From assembly GCA_964566045.1 (NCBI GenBank), contig CAZMHK010000001.1, forward strand, positions 1,925 to 65,924: a DNA stretch of 64,000 nt, read 5' to 3'. A program made the position numbers and the translations under genes. How positions within the stretch are numbered: the stretch's first letter is position 1; each line of letters opens with the position of its first letter. Under the pieces are notes generated by a model. It was not told where the DNA came from, made no database searches, and worked only from the letters and a program-made list of their open reading frames with translations. Below, piece after piece: positions 26,127-36,618 of the stretch. The DNA is from an uncultured Flavobacterium sp. GTDB lineage: Bacteria; Bacteroidota; Bacteroidia; Flavobacteriales; Flavobacteriaceae.

Positions 26127-27182
26127 ATGAAAGGTGTATTATTAGTTAATTTAGGTTCTCCAGAAAGTCCAACTCCAAAAGATGTAAAGCCCTATTTAGA
26201 TGAGTTTTTGATGGACAAGTACGTGATAGACGTTCCGTTTTTATTGCGTGCATTATTGGTACGTGGAATCATTTTACAAACGAGACCTAAAAAATCAGCT
26301 GCAGCTTACTCAAGAATTTGGTGGGACGAAGGATCTCCGCTTGTTGTTATTTCGCGCCGCATGCACGAAAAAGTACAAGCGCAAGTTGATGTGCCTGTTG
26401 CTCTAGCAATGCGCTACGGAAATCCGTCTTTATTGTCTGGTTTACAAGAACTGCATGATAAAGGAGTGACCGAAGTAATGTTGTTTCCGTTGTACCCGCA
26501 ACACGCGATGGCCTCTACTACAACCATTTTAGAATTAGCCGAAGAGCACCGCAAAAAATATTTCCCTGAAATGAAATTCACGATAGTGCCTGCGTTTTAC
26601 AACAAACCAGACTATCTACAAAATTTAGCTGACTCCATAAAAGAACACTTAGAAGGGTTTGATTACGATCATTTGTTGTTTTCATACCACGGAATTCCAG
26701 AACGTCACATTCGTAAAACAGACGTAACCAAATCACACTGCAAAATTGATGGGTCTTGTTGTAACACACCATCACCAGCGCATGAGTTTTGCTACCGTCA
26801 TCAATGTTACGAAACTACCAAACAAGTGGTTAATCTTTTGGGAATTCCAGAAGGAAAATACAGCCAAACCTTTCAGTCACGTTTAGCGGGTGACAAATGG
26901 TTGCGTCCATACACTGACGTAGAGGTGAACAAAATGCCTGAAAAAGGAATTAAAAACTTAGCTGTGGTTACTCCTGCTTTTGTCTCTGACTGTTTAGAAA
27001 CATTGGAAGAAATTGCAATGGAAGCCAACGAAGAATTTTTACACCACGGTGGCGAAAACTTTATGGCAATTCCTTGTTTAAATGACAGTGACGATTGGTG
27101 CAAAACAGTAAGCAACTGGATTACAAATTGGTCAAAAGTAACAACAACAAGTACTGCAACAGCCGAAACTGTTGCGGTATAA
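26127..27182 (+). CDS. hemH: Ferrochelatase
   Basis: Collinear with HemH (VLLVNLGSP, YPQHAMASTT, FSYHGIPERH, FVSDCLETLEEI). Confidence 0.95.
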   Translation: MKGVLLVNLGSPESPTPKDVKPYLDEFLMDKYVIDVPFLLRALLVRGIILQTRPKKSAAAYSRIWWDEGSPLVVISRRMHEKVQAQVDVPVALAMRYGNPSLLSGLQELHDKGVTEVMLFPLYPQHAMASTTTILELAEEHRKKYFPEMKFTIVPAFYNKPDYLQNLADSIKEHLEGFDYDHLLFSYHGIPERHIRKTDVTKSHCKIDGSCCNTPSPAHEFCYRHQCYETTKQVVNLLGIPEGKYSQTFQSRLAGDKWLRPYTDVEVNKMPEKGIKNLAVVTPAFVSDCLETLEEIAMEANEEFLHHGGENFMAIPCLNDSDDWCKTVSNWITNWSKVTTTSTATAETVAV

Positions 27183-27292
27183 AATTATCAAAGCTGTCTG
27201 TTAATTATAACAAGCTAAAAATGATTTAAACGGCCTTTTCGTAAAGTAAACGTCTACAAATCCATAATTTTTATAGATAATTCCCTAACTGT

Positions 27293-27356
27293 TGGGCAAT
27301 AAACCGGTTTGCATTACATTATTGTCGTGTCCGTTTTATTGCCCATCATTTTTTAA
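27293..27356 (+). terminator. Long hairpin plus T-run about 110 nt downstream of hemH (possible terminator)
   Basis: tgggcaataaa(c)cgg ... ccgttttattgccca followed by tcatttttt. The loop is about 23 nt. Confidence 0.4.
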
Positions 27357-27695
27357 TAAAATCAATAAAAGAGCTTATAAAATTATTACTGGTAGTATTT
27401 TGGCTTGTACTTTAATAAAAAAATAAACAGCTCTAAATAGTTTAGCGAAGCATTTTCAAGAAATGAAATGAACGAAACGGCATAGACTATTTTACAACCA
27501 AATAAAAAGTCAATTATTCAACAGCTTTAGCTGGGCATAAACTCGGATTTTTCTTTTTTCTGCAAGTAGTCAATCTACCTTTTTTTAGGTATTTTTGGAC
27601 TGCGAATTGAACTTCTGATTTTTGATGCAGTTGCTTAATCACTGACGATTTTCAATTTGAACCTAAAAATCTACACACAACTAAAAAATAAATAA

Positions 27696-28250
27696 ATGGA
27701 ATACTATAATTACATTAAATCTCTACACCTCATCTTTGTAATCACTTGGTTTGTGGGACTTTTTAATATTGTACGCCTTTTTGTTTACCAAATAGAAGCT
27801 GCCTCTAAATCCTCACCAGAAAAAGAAATTTTACAAAACCAATACAAAATAATGACCTACCGCATGTGGTACATTATTACCTGGCCATCAGCAATTTTAG
27901 CGAGTATTTTTGCTTTTTGGATGTTGTTTTTTACAGAATTGGGTCAAGCTTGGTTACAAATGCCTTGGATGCATGTAAAACTAGGATTTGTATTTTTATT
28001 GTATTTATATCACGCAAAATGCCACCAAATCTTTAATCAATTACAAAGAAACGAAGTGAGATACACCTCTAATTTTATGCGATTATGGAATGAAGGAGCC
28101 ACAATTATTCTTTTCGCTGTAGTATTTTTAGTGATTTTAAAAAATGCATTCAATTGGATATACGGTGTAGTTGGAATCATTTTGTTCTCAGTAATTTTAA
28201 TGCTGGGCTTCCAATTTTATAAAAAAATAAGAGAACGCAATAATTCTTAA
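27696..28250 (+). CDS. hemJ: Protoporphyrinogen IX oxidase HemJ (UPF0093/CopD-like membrane protein)
   Basis: 184-aa 4-5 TM protein. The N-terminus YIKSLHLIFVITWFVGLF and conserved His are typical of HemJ. It sits in a heme-gene neighbourhood. Confidence 0.8.
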   Translation: MEYYNYIKSLHLIFVITWFVGLFNIVRLFVYQIEAASKSSPEKEILQNQYKIMTYRMWYIITWPSAILASIFAFWMLFFTELGQAWLQMPWMHVKLGFVFLLYLYHAKCHQIFNQLQRNEVRYTSNFMRLWNEGATIILFAVVFLVILKNAFNWIYGVVGIILFSVILMLGFQFYKKIRERNNS

Positions 28251-28291
28251 TTTAAATCCAGATAATAAACAGCTATTGTAAATTACTCAAC

Positions 28292-29764
28292 ATGTTCAAA
28301 GGCTTCAAAATAGCAATGCTTTCCCTGCGGATTAGGATTTTCCTATCCATGATTGTATTGATATTAATGGCTTCGGTAATTTTAGCGTCAATATCAATTA
28401 TTCAGTTTAAAAATGAGGCTAAAGAATACCATCAAGAACGCCTCGAGCGCAATGAAAATGCAGTAAAACAGCACATTAATTTTATTCTTTCTACTACGAC
28501 ATATCCTTTGAATGCGGCGAATTTAGATTTAATTTTTAAAGATAAAATTCACGAATTGGCCCACATCCACAACATCGAAATCAATATTTATAGTTTGGAT
28601 GGAAAATTATTAAAATCATCAAAAGAGTCCTTTTCAGTTGATAAAGTAGCGCCGCCGATCCCGAAATACATTTTAAAACTGGTACGCTCTTCTATTGAAA
28701 AGAGATATGTAGATATCAAAACGATCGAAGGCAAAAAAAATCGTTCGGCATTTAGTCAAATCAAAGACGACAAATTCAAACCTCTTGGTATTTTAAATTT
28801 ACCTTACGTAGAGGATGATGGCTATTACGAAAATGAGCTCAAAAACTTTCTGATTCGCTTGGGTCAAGTATATACTTTTATGTTGGTCATGGCCTTTGCA
28901 CTCGCCTATTTTTTATCATCGTACATTACTAAATCGCTCAAAACTATTTCTGACAAGTTGAGTGAAACTAGCTTAAATCAAAAAAACGAAAAAATTGTTT
29001 TGGAGGCCAATAGCAAAGAAATCAATTTACTTATCAAAGCCTACAACGCCATGGTAGATGAATTGGAAAAAAGTGCTATTAAACTGGCTCAAAGCGAACG
29101 AGAAGGCGCTTGGCGCGAAATGGCCAAACAAGTAGCGCATGAAATCAAAAATCCGTTAACTCCAATGCGTTTAACCGTGCAGAGTTTTCAGCGTAAATTT
29201 GACCCCACTGATGCCAATGTCAAACAAAAAATGAATGATTACTCTGAAACACTCATTCAACAAATTGATACCATGAGCGCTGTGGCTTCGGCATTTTCAA
29301 ACTTTGCTTCGATGCCAGCACAACAAAACGAAACCCTGAATGTGGTTGAAGTAGTTGAGCTTGCCATGGATATTTTTAATGAAGATTATATTGAATTCAA
29401 AAGCGAATCACCCGAAATTATTTCTAAAATTGACCGTACGCAACTCATTCGTATAATTACCAACTTGGCCAAAAACGCCATTCAGTCCATACCCGAGCAG
29501 CAAGAAGAAAAGAAAGTTACCGTTACCATTCGTAAAGAAATGAATACCGTTTTGATCACCGTTTCAGATAATGGAGTTGGAATTCAGGCAAGTGATGTAC
29601 ATCGTATTTTTGAACCTAAATTCACCACCAAAAGCAGTGGAATGGGACTTGGTCTTGGAATCATAAAAAACATTATTGAAAATTATAAAGGAACAATTAC
29701 CTTTGAGAGCGAATACGGAAAAGGAACCACTTTTACGGTATCGCTACCCATTTTGCACACATAA
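28292..29764 (+). CDS. Membrane sensor histidine kinase (no adjacent response regulator)
   Basis: Two TM segments, H-box VAHEIKNPLTPM, N/G boxes NLAKNAIQS, DNGVGI and GMGLGLGI. Confidence 0.85.
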   Translation: MFKGFKIAMLSLRIRIFLSMIVLILMASVILASISIIQFKNEAKEYHQERLERNENAVKQHINFILSTTTYPLNAANLDLIFKDKIHELAHIHNIEINIYSLDGKLLKSSKESFSVDKVAPPIPKYILKLVRSSIEKRYVDIKTIEGKKNRSAFSQIKDDKFKPLGILNLPYVEDDGYYENELKNFLIRLGQVYTFMLVMAFALAYFLSSYITKSLKTISDKLSETSLNQKNEKIVLEANSKEINLLIKAYNAMVDELEKSAIKLAQSEREGAWREMAKQVAHEIKNPLTPMRLTVQSFQRKFDPTDANVKQKMNDYSETLIQQIDTMSAVASAFSNFASMPAQQNETLNVVEVVELAMDIFNEDYIEFKSESPEIISKIDRTQLIRIITNLAKNAIQSIPEQQEEKKVTVTIRKEMNTVLITVSDNGVGIQASDVHRIFEPKFTTKSSGMGLGLGIIKNIIENYKGTITFESEYGKGTTFTVSLPILHT

Positions 29765-29776
29765 AAAACAAAATAT

Positions 29777-30559
29777 ATGAACTACGAAAACATTTTAATT
29801 ACTACTGAAAATAACATTGCCACGGTTACCATCAATCGTCCTACAAAACTCAATGCGCTAAATGTTGCAACGATTTCTGACTTGCACAAAGCGTTTAAAA
29901 TATTGGCCAAAAATGACGAAATAAGAGCTATTGTATTAACTGGTAGCGGTGAAAAAGCTTTTGTTGCTGGTGCTGATATTTCGGAATTTGCTCATTTCTC
30001 TATTGAAGAAGGAACGCAATTGGCTGCCGAAGGACAAGAAAAATTATTCGATTTCATAGAAAATTTAAAAACTCCTGTAATTGCAGCGGTTAACGGCTTT
30101 GCCTTAGGTGGCGGCTTAGAATTGGCGATGGCGTGCCATTTTAGAGTAGCATCAGACAATGCCAAAATGGGTTTACCTGAAGTTTCATTGGGCGTAATTC
30201 CGGGTTACGGAGGAACACAACGTTTGCCTCAACTAGTTGGAAAAGGTCGCGCTATGGAACTTATTATGACTGCCGGAATGCTTACCGGTACCGAAGCGTA
30301 CGGAATGGGATTAGTTAATCACGTGGTACCGCAAGAAGAATTAATAGCGTTTTGTATGACTATTGCTGGTAAAATAATTAAAAACTCTCCTTATGCCATT
30401 GGTAAAGCTATCAAAGCTGTAAATGCTAACTTTAAGGAAGGAAAAAACGGCTATGAAGCCGAGATTAAAGCCTTTGGTAAATGTTTTGGAACACAAGATT
30501 TTAAAGAAGGAACAACGGCTTTCTTAGAGAAAAGAAAAGCAGTTTTTACTGGGAAATAA
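29777..30559 (+). CDS. Enoyl-CoA hydratase/isomerase (crotonase) family protein
   Basis: 260 aa with crotonase motifs (FVAGADI, AAVNGFALGGGLELAMACHFR). Confidence 0.9.
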   Translation: MNYENILITTENNIATVTINRPTKLNALNVATISDLHKAFKILAKNDEIRAIVLTGSGEKAFVAGADISEFAHFSIEEGTQLAAEGQEKLFDFIENLKTPVIAAVNGFALGGGLELAMACHFRVASDNAKMGLPEVSLGVIPGYGGTQRLPQLVGKGRAMELIMTAGMLTGTEAYGMGLVNHVVPQEELIAFCMTIAGKIIKNSPYAIGKAIKAVNANFKEGKNGYEAEIKAFGKCFGTQDFKEGTTAFLEKRKAVFTGK

Positions 30560-30597
30560 TTAGCCTATAAATTATTTGTCAATATCATAACGCTAAT

Positions 30598-30633
30598 AAA
30601 AAACAAAGCCACTCTATTTTAAGGAGTGGCTTT
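30598..30633 (-). terminator. Hairpin terminator after the RND operon (possibly bidirectional)
   Basis: aaagccactc-tattttaag-gagtggcttt with a T-rich run on the minus strand. Confidence 0.6.
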
Positions 30634-30664
30634 ACAGTTTAAATAAAAATGTTGTACTCGTCAA

Positions 30665-32128
30665 CTAGTTCCATCCACCTCCTAATGATTTGTACATATT
30701 TACTTTTGCAATTAATTGTTCTTTTTTGGTTTCAACCAATTGCAGTTTAGACTCCAAAGCATCACGTTGTGTGAGTAAAACTTCCATATAATCAGCTCTT
30801 GCTGAAGTGAATAGTTTGTTTATAATTTCAATTGAATTCGTTAAAGCCGCAACCTGATTTTCTTTTTGCTCGTAACTTTTCTTTAAATTCTCTATTTTTG
30901 ACAAACCATTTAAAACTTCGATATGAGCATTTAAGATCGTTTTTTCATATTCGAAAACGGCTTGTAATTGTCTGTCATTAGCATTCAAATAAGTTGCTTT
31001 GATAGCATTTCTGTTGATCAAAGGAGCAATCATGTCTCCCGCCAATCCATACAATAGAGATTCTGGCATTGTAGTTAAATATTTAGTATTAAACGATTCT
31101 AATCCTACACCTGCTTTAAGTGTGAAAGACGGATAAAAATTTGCTTTAGCTACCTGTGTATCCAATTTTGCGGCTTGCAATTCATATTCCGCCTGTTTGA
31201 TATCAGGGCGATTAATCAAAAGCTGAGAAGGAATACCCACATACAGAGTATCAATTTTTTGTTCAATAAAATGATCCGAATTGCGGTTGATGTATTGAGG
31301 AGAACGGCCTAGTAAAAAATTCAATTTGTTTTCCGTTTCTACAATTTCTTGTTGAATTTGATACAATTCACCAGTGTTTTTATAGACTTCAGCTTCCAAT
31401 CTTTGTACTCCCAAGGCGGTTGCTTTGGCTGCTTGCATTTGTAGGCGAATGGTTTTTAACCCGTTGTTTTGCAATTCTAGATTTTGAGTTACAATCGCGA
31501 GCTTATTGTCTAAAGCTTGTAATTCATAATAGGAATCGGCTATTTCAGCAATGAGATTAGTAACCATAAAGTTTTTGCCGGCTTCAGTTGAAAGGTATTC
31601 CATCACAGCTGATTTTTTGGCATTACGTAATTTTTTCCAAATATCCAGTTCCCAAGTGGCAAATGCACCCACTTTGTAATTTTGTAGTGGTTCAGGGAAC
31701 TCATGACCAGGTTTAATTTCGGTATTGGCATCGTTAGCACCTTGACTCGTATAGCGACCTACTTTTTCTACTTCGGCAGCTGCTTGAAGCCCTACAAAAG
31801 GCAAATACTCTCCCTTTCTGGCTTGAATTTCGTTTTTAGCCATGTCTACCTCCTGCAGTAGGATATTAAGCTCCTGATTGTTTACTAATGCGGAATCAAT
31901 TAGCGCTATTAATTTATCATCATTAAAGAATTCCTTCCATTTCATTTGGGCCGAATTTGTAGTATCGTTGGACACTACATTTTGAAATTGTTGAGGCAAA
32001 TCTTTTTTTTCCTCACGCACTGTTTTTGTAGGCACACAGCTTTGAAAAACTATGGTGGATAAGGTCAGTACTAGCACTGACCTTACATTTATAATTTTGA
32101 AAATTAGTTTATTCATTTTCTTCGTCAC
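30665..32128 (-). CDS. RND efflux outer-membrane factor (TolC/NodT-family lipoprotein)
   Basis: Lipobox FQSC, 487 aa, with the two-repeat coiled architecture typical of OMF proteins. Overlaps the pump gene. Confidence 0.85.
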   Translation of the reverse strand: MTKKMNKLIFKIINVRSVLVLTLSTIVFQSCVPTKTVREEKKDLPQQFQNVVSNDTTNSAQMKWKEFFNDDKLIALIDSALVNNQELNILLQEVDMAKNEIQARKGEYLPFVGLQAAAEVEKVGRYTSQGANDANTEIKPGHEFPEPLQNYKVGAFATWELDIWKKLRNAKKSAVMEYLSTEAGKNFMVTNLIAEIADSYYELQALDNKLAIVTQNLELQNNGLKTIRLQMQAAKATALGVQRLEAEVYKNTGELYQIQQEIVETENKLNFLLGRSPQYINRNSDHFIEQKIDTLYVGIPSQLLINRPDIKQAEYELQAAKLDTQVAKANFYPSFTLKAGVGLESFNTKYLTTMPESLLYGLAGDMIAPLINRNAIKATYLNANDRQLQAVFEYEKTILNAHIEVLNGLSKIENLKKSYEQKENQVAALTNSIEIINKLFTSARADYMEVLLTQRDALESKLQLVETKKEQLIAKVNMYKSLGGGWN

Positions 32129-35100
32129 TTTTCATTAATTTTTTCAATTGTTTGTTCATGGCTCTCAGTTTTGATTTTAAACCACTTTCGTTTTCGCTGG
32201 TTCTCATAAACTCTTCGGATGCAGGTTCAAAATTTTCATCTTGAATCAAACTACGACCATCACTCATTTTAGCGAAAGTATAATACAGACCTGGAATGAC
32301 GAAAACACCAAATAAGGTCCCAATAATCATCCCTCCCATTGCTGAACCTCCAATGGTGCGATTGCCAATAGCACCCGCTCCGCTAGCTAAAACCAATGGA
32401 ATAAGTCCTGCGATAAAAGCAAAAGAAGTCATCAAAATTGGTCGAAAACGCAATTTAGCCCCTTCTAAAGCTGCATCTGCAATGCTCATGCCTTGGGCGC
32501 GCTTCTGGACAGCGACTTCAACAATCAACACTGCATTTTTACCGAGTAATCCAATAAGCATAATCACTCCAATTTGGGCATAAACATCATTGGATAATCC
32601 CATTAGTTTCAATAAAGCAAACGATCCAAAAAATCCAATTGGCAATGAAAGCAATACCGCAAAAGGCAATACAAAACTCTCATACTGTGCTGCTAATACC
32701 AAGTAAACAAAGATTAGTACAATACCAAAGACATACAAAGCATCATTTCCGGTTTTGGCTTCATCATAAGATAGTCCTTCCCAAGCAATGTCATACCCTC
32801 TTGGCAGTTTTGAAACCGCAACTTCCTTAATGGCATTAATAGCATCGGCACTCGTGTAACCTTTAGCCGGCAAACCTCTAATAGCAGCGGAATTGTACAA
32901 GTTGTATCGCGTAATTTCATTTGGCCCTAAGTGTTTTTCTACTTTCATAAAAGCGGAATAAGGCACCATTTCTCCTGCGTCATTTTTTACAAATAATTTT
33001 TCCAAATCCGAAGGTATTTTTCTGTACTCAGGAGCCGCTTGGGTATACACTTTAAAGAATTGTCCAAATTTGATAAAACCTTGTTCGTAAGTACTTCCGA
33101 TAAGGATATTTAAGTTATCCATCGCTTTTCCGATCGAAACGCCTTTTTGCATGGCTGCTTTGTTATCAATATTGAGTTTTAACTGCGGATAATTGGCCGA
33201 GTAAAAGGTGAATACACCTGTAAGTTCTTTACGTTTTTCTAATTCTGCCAGGAAATCATTGTTTACTTTTTGAAATTCTTGATAATCAGTTCCATCTGTT
33301 TTATCTAACAAGCGCAATGAAAATCCGCCTGATGATCCAAATCCAGGTACTGCTGGCGGTTCAAAATATTCGATAACTGCACCTAAATCTTTCGATTTTT
33401 CTTCGAGTTCCTCCATAACTTCATGCACATTGTGTTTTCTGTCGTGCCAAGGTTTGAGGTTGATTAAACAAGTTCCTGCATTCGACCCACGACCCTCTGT
33501 CATAATTTCATAACCAGCTAAAGAAGATACTGACGAAACGCCCTCTACTTTTTCGCAAATTTGCTGCAGTTTTTTCGCTACATCGTTGGTACGTTCTAGT
33601 GTAGTTCCCGGCGGAGTTTGAATGATAGCATAAATCATCCCTTGATCTTCACTAGGTATAAAACCAGCGGGTAAGGCTTTATTTGTGAAATACGTGGCAA
33701 AAGAAAACGCAATAAGAATTCCGAATGTGATAACCCTTCGGTTGACAATATGTTTTAAAATGCCTATATAACGACCCGTTAGTTTTTCAAATCCTTTGTT
33801 GAACCAATCAATAAAGCGATCAATAGGTGATTTTGTTTTGGCTTGACCGTGATTGTGCTTGAGTAACATGGCACAAAGTACTGGCGTAAGGGTTAAAGCA
33901 ACCACCGCAGATATGATAATAGAACCAGCCATGGTGATTGAAAATTGGCGGTAAAACACACCAACGGGTCCACTCATAAAAGAGATAGGAATGAATACCG
34001 ATACCATGACTAGGGTAATTGCAATAATTGCTCCCCCAATTTCGCCCAAAACGGCTTTAGAAGCTTTAAAAGGAGTGAGATGTTCCTCCTCCATTTTGAC
34101 ATGAACCGCCTCGACGACGACAATAGCATCATCAACTACAATACCGATGGCTAAAACTAAGGCGAATAGTGTAATTAAGTTGATTGATAAACCAAACAAT
34201 TGCATGACAAAAAAAGCACCAATCAAGGAAACAGGTACCGCAATGACAGGAATTAAGGTAGAGCGCCAATCGCCCAAAAACAAGAATACGACGATTGAAA
34301 CTAAAATAAAAGCATCACGAAGCGTATCAATTACTTGCTCAATTGAGGCGTTTAAGAAGCTCGATACATCATAACTAATTTTGTAATCAACACCAGGAGG
34401 AAGTTCCTTCTCTAGTTCTTTTAATTTGAGTTTTACATCTTTTATTACATCACTACCATTGGTTCCAAGCGTTTGTTTTAAAACGATTGAAGCTGATGGT
34501 TTTCCATCCAAATTATCATAAATATCATAAAATTCGCTTCCTAATTCAACGTTGGCAATATCGCCGAGTTTAATTTGCTCTCCACTGGAATTGGCACGAA
34601 TGATAACATCTTTGTACTCTTGAGGCTCGGTGAATCTATCTCGATAGGTTAAAACATATTCAAGTGCTTGTGATTTTATACCTGAACTTTGACCGAGTCT
34701 TCCTGGCCTTGCCAAAATACTTTGCTCTTGCATGGCTTTCATAACTTCTTCTGCAGAAATGTTGTACGCACGCATGCGATCTGGTTTTAACCAAATACGC
34801 ATGGCATATTTACGGCTTCCGAGTATTTGCGCACTCGCAATTCCATCAATACGTTGAATTTCACGAAGCATTTTTGTGTATGCGTAATTATAAAGGAATT
34901 TTTCATCAACATCATGTCCTTTTTTGCTATACAAATCAACATACATCAACATACTTGGTTGCACAGGTGTAATAATAACTCCTTCACGTTGAACCAAATC
35001 GGGTAAGAGAGGCATCACCTGATCTACCCTGGTTTTTACCCGAATTACGGCGACGTTTGGATCTGTTCCAGGTTCAAAAATTACACGAATGGTCCCTTCT

Positions 35101-35357
35101 CCAGCACTCGTAGCATCTGAGGCAATGTAGCGCATTCCGGGCACTCCGTTAATGGCTGTTTCTAGCGGAATTAAAGTCGATTTTACTAAAACATCCGAGC
35201 TAGATCCCGGATAGGCGATAAAGATATTAACGGTTGTGGGGGCAATTTCTGGAAATTGTGAAATGGGTAATTGTTTGATTGCCAGCAAACCCATAAATAC
35301 AATGATGACCGAAATAACAATGGCTAAGACGGGTCTTTGAATAAATTTTTTAAACAT
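32109..35357 (-). CDS. RND efflux transporter permease (AcrB/HAE1 family)
   Basis: 1082 aa with 12-TM RND topology and a canonical N-terminus MFKKFIQRPVLAIVISV. Confidence 0.95.
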   Translation of the reverse strand: MFKKFIQRPVLAIVISVIIVFMGLLAIKQLPISQFPEIAPTTVNIFIAYPGSSSDVLVKSTLIPLETAINGVPGMRYIASDATSAGEGTIRVIFEPGTDPNVAVIRVKTRVDQVMPLLPDLVQREGVIITPVQPSMLMYVDLYSKKGHDVDEKFLYNYAYTKMLREIQRIDGIASAQILGSRKYAMRIWLKPDRMRAYNISAEEVMKAMQEQSILARPGRLGQSSGIKSQALEYVLTYRDRFTEPQEYKDVIIRANSSGEQIKLGDIANVELGSEFYDIYDNLDGKPSASIVLKQTLGTNGSDVIKDVKLKLKELEKELPPGVDYKISYDVSSFLNASIEQVIDTLRDAFILVSIVVFLFLGDWRSTLIPVIAVPVSLIGAFFVMQLFGLSINLITLFALVLAIGIVVDDAIVVVEAVHVKMEEEHLTPFKASKAVLGEIGGAIIAITLVMVSVFIPISFMSGPVGVFYRQFSITMAGSIIISAVVALTLTPVLCAMLLKHNHGQAKTKSPIDRFIDWFNKGFEKLTGRYIGILKHIVNRRVITFGILIAFSFATYFTNKALPAGFIPSEDQGMIYAIIQTPPGTTLERTNDVAKKLQQICEKVEGVSSVSSLAGYEIMTEGRGSNAGTCLINLKPWHDRKHNVHEVMEELEEKSKDLGAVIEYFEPPAVPGFGSSGGFSLRLLDKTDGTDYQEFQKVNNDFLAELEKRKELTGVFTFYSANYPQLKLNIDNKAAMQKGVSIGKAMDNLNILIGSTYEQGFIKFGQFFKVYTQAAPEYRKIPSDLEKLFVKNDAGEMVPYSAFMKVEKHLGPNEITRYNLYNSAAIRGLPAKGYTSADAINAIKEVAVSKLPRGYDIAWEGLSYDEAKTGNDALYVFGIVLIFVYLVLAAQYESFVLPFAVLLSLPIGFFGSFALLKLMGLSNDVYAQIGVIMLIGLLGKNAVLIVEVAVQKRAQGMSIADAALEGAKLRFRPILMTSFAFIAGLIPLVLASGAGAIGNRTIGGSAMGGMIIGTLFGVFVIPGLYYTFAKMSDGRSLIQDENFEPASEEFMRTSENESGLKSKLRAMNKQLKKLMKSDEENE

Positions 35358-35378
35358 TTTGATCTTTTTTAAGGGTTG

Positions 35379-36461
35379 TTACTCTGCGTAAACGTCAAGA
35401 TTGGCCAATACTTTTTTAGCATTTTGAACCTTAAATTTGACTTTTTCATTGTTCTTTACCAGTCGTAAACCATCTAGCAAAACATGATCATTTGCCTTCA
35501 ATCCTTTTTTAACCTCAAACAGATTTTCTAATGTGGCCCCAATGGTAATTTCCCTTTGCTTAACTATTCCATTGTTGTCAATTACATAGACATAGCGTTT
35601 GTCTAACACCTCAAATGTTGTTTTTTGTGGAATCAAAAGTGAATTTTTAACTGGAATAGTCATCAAAACCGTGCCTGTTTCACCGTGTCTTAAAATTCCT
35701 TTTGGATTATCGAATGTAGCTCTAAAAGCGATGTTTCCTGTTTCATTGTTAAATTCACCCTCAATAGTTTCTACAACTCCAGGTTGATTGAAGATAATGT
35801 TATTGGCCATAAGCAATTGCACTTTTTGCTTTTTACCACTATTTGCGCTTACTACGTAGTTTAAATATTCAGCCTCAGGGACATTGAAATAAACCCACAT
35901 TTTACTGTTGTCAGAAAGCGTTGTTAATAATTCACCTTCTTCAAGCATGCTTCCTTCCCTTACATGAAAGTGATCAATAAGTCCATTAAAAGGAGCTCTG
36001 ATGTTAGTAAATCCTAAATGAGTTTTTGCCAAAAGAATTTCGGCATTGGCTTTATCTAATTTAGCTTTCGAAAGCGCTAATTCATTTGGTGAAACTACCT
36101 TGCTATCAGCAAGTAGCTTGGTGTTTTTATATTCAATATGAGCCATATTACCCTCAGCTTTTGCTTTTTGCACTTCTGCTTGGTAAATATTGGGCATAAT
36201 TTGAAACATGGGCTGGCCTTTGGATACTTTTTGTCCTTCATCTACATTTATTTTTTGCAAGTATCCTTTTTCCATTGCTCGTAATTCAATATGTCGAATG
36301 GAGTGAATTTGGCAAACATATTCCTTTACAATGGAGGTATCCATGGCTACAGGATTGGTAACTTGAAAGATTCGTTCTTTTTTTTTTTCTTCTTTATGAG
36401 AATTACAACTAATTGTAAATAGAGCTGCCAAAAGCCCTATAAATACTAAATTTTTTTTCAT
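35379..36461 (-). CDS. RND efflux periplasmic adaptor (membrane fusion protein)
   Basis: The start is revised to MKKNLVFIGLLAALFTISC (lipobox). Has a HlyD/AcrA-like barrel-sandwich and hairpin. Confidence 0.85.
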   Translation of the reverse strand: MKKNLVFIGLLAALFTISCNSHKEEKKKERIFQVTNPVAMDTSIVKEYVCQIHSIRHIELRAMEKGYLQKINVDEGQKVSKGQPMFQIMPNIYQAEVQKAKAEGNMAHIEYKNTKLLADSKVVSPNELALSKAKLDKANAEILLAKTHLGFTNIRAPFNGLIDHFHVREGSMLEEGELLTTLSDNSKMWVYFNVPEAEYLNYVVSANSGKKQKVQLLMANNIIFNQPGVVETIEGEFNNETGNIAFRATFDNPKGILRHGETGTVLMTIPVKNSLLIPQKTTFEVLDKRYVYVIDNNGIVKQREITIGATLENLFEVKKGLKANDHVLLDGLRLVKNNEKVKFKVQNAKKVLANLDVYAE

Positions 36462-36618
36462 TATGATTTGATTTTTTAAGCGAAATAGTATTGAAATTAT
36501 CGTGGTTGTTTCTTGAAAATAAAACAACACAGCAAGCCGCTATTTAAACATCCGTTTTAAAAAAACAGATACTAAACACGGAGTAAATAATGGCTTTGAG
36601 TTACCTCAAAAAATCAAA

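Noticed and set aside
36462-36530. N-terminal extensions of several listed ORFs (36530, 37077, 37843, 39672, 43508, 45569, 47109, 11268)
   Set aside because: In each case an internal ATG gives a canonical N-terminus (a signal peptide or lipobox, or a conserved enzyme start). The extension overlaps a promoter, terminator or neighbouring sequence, so shorter starts were used.
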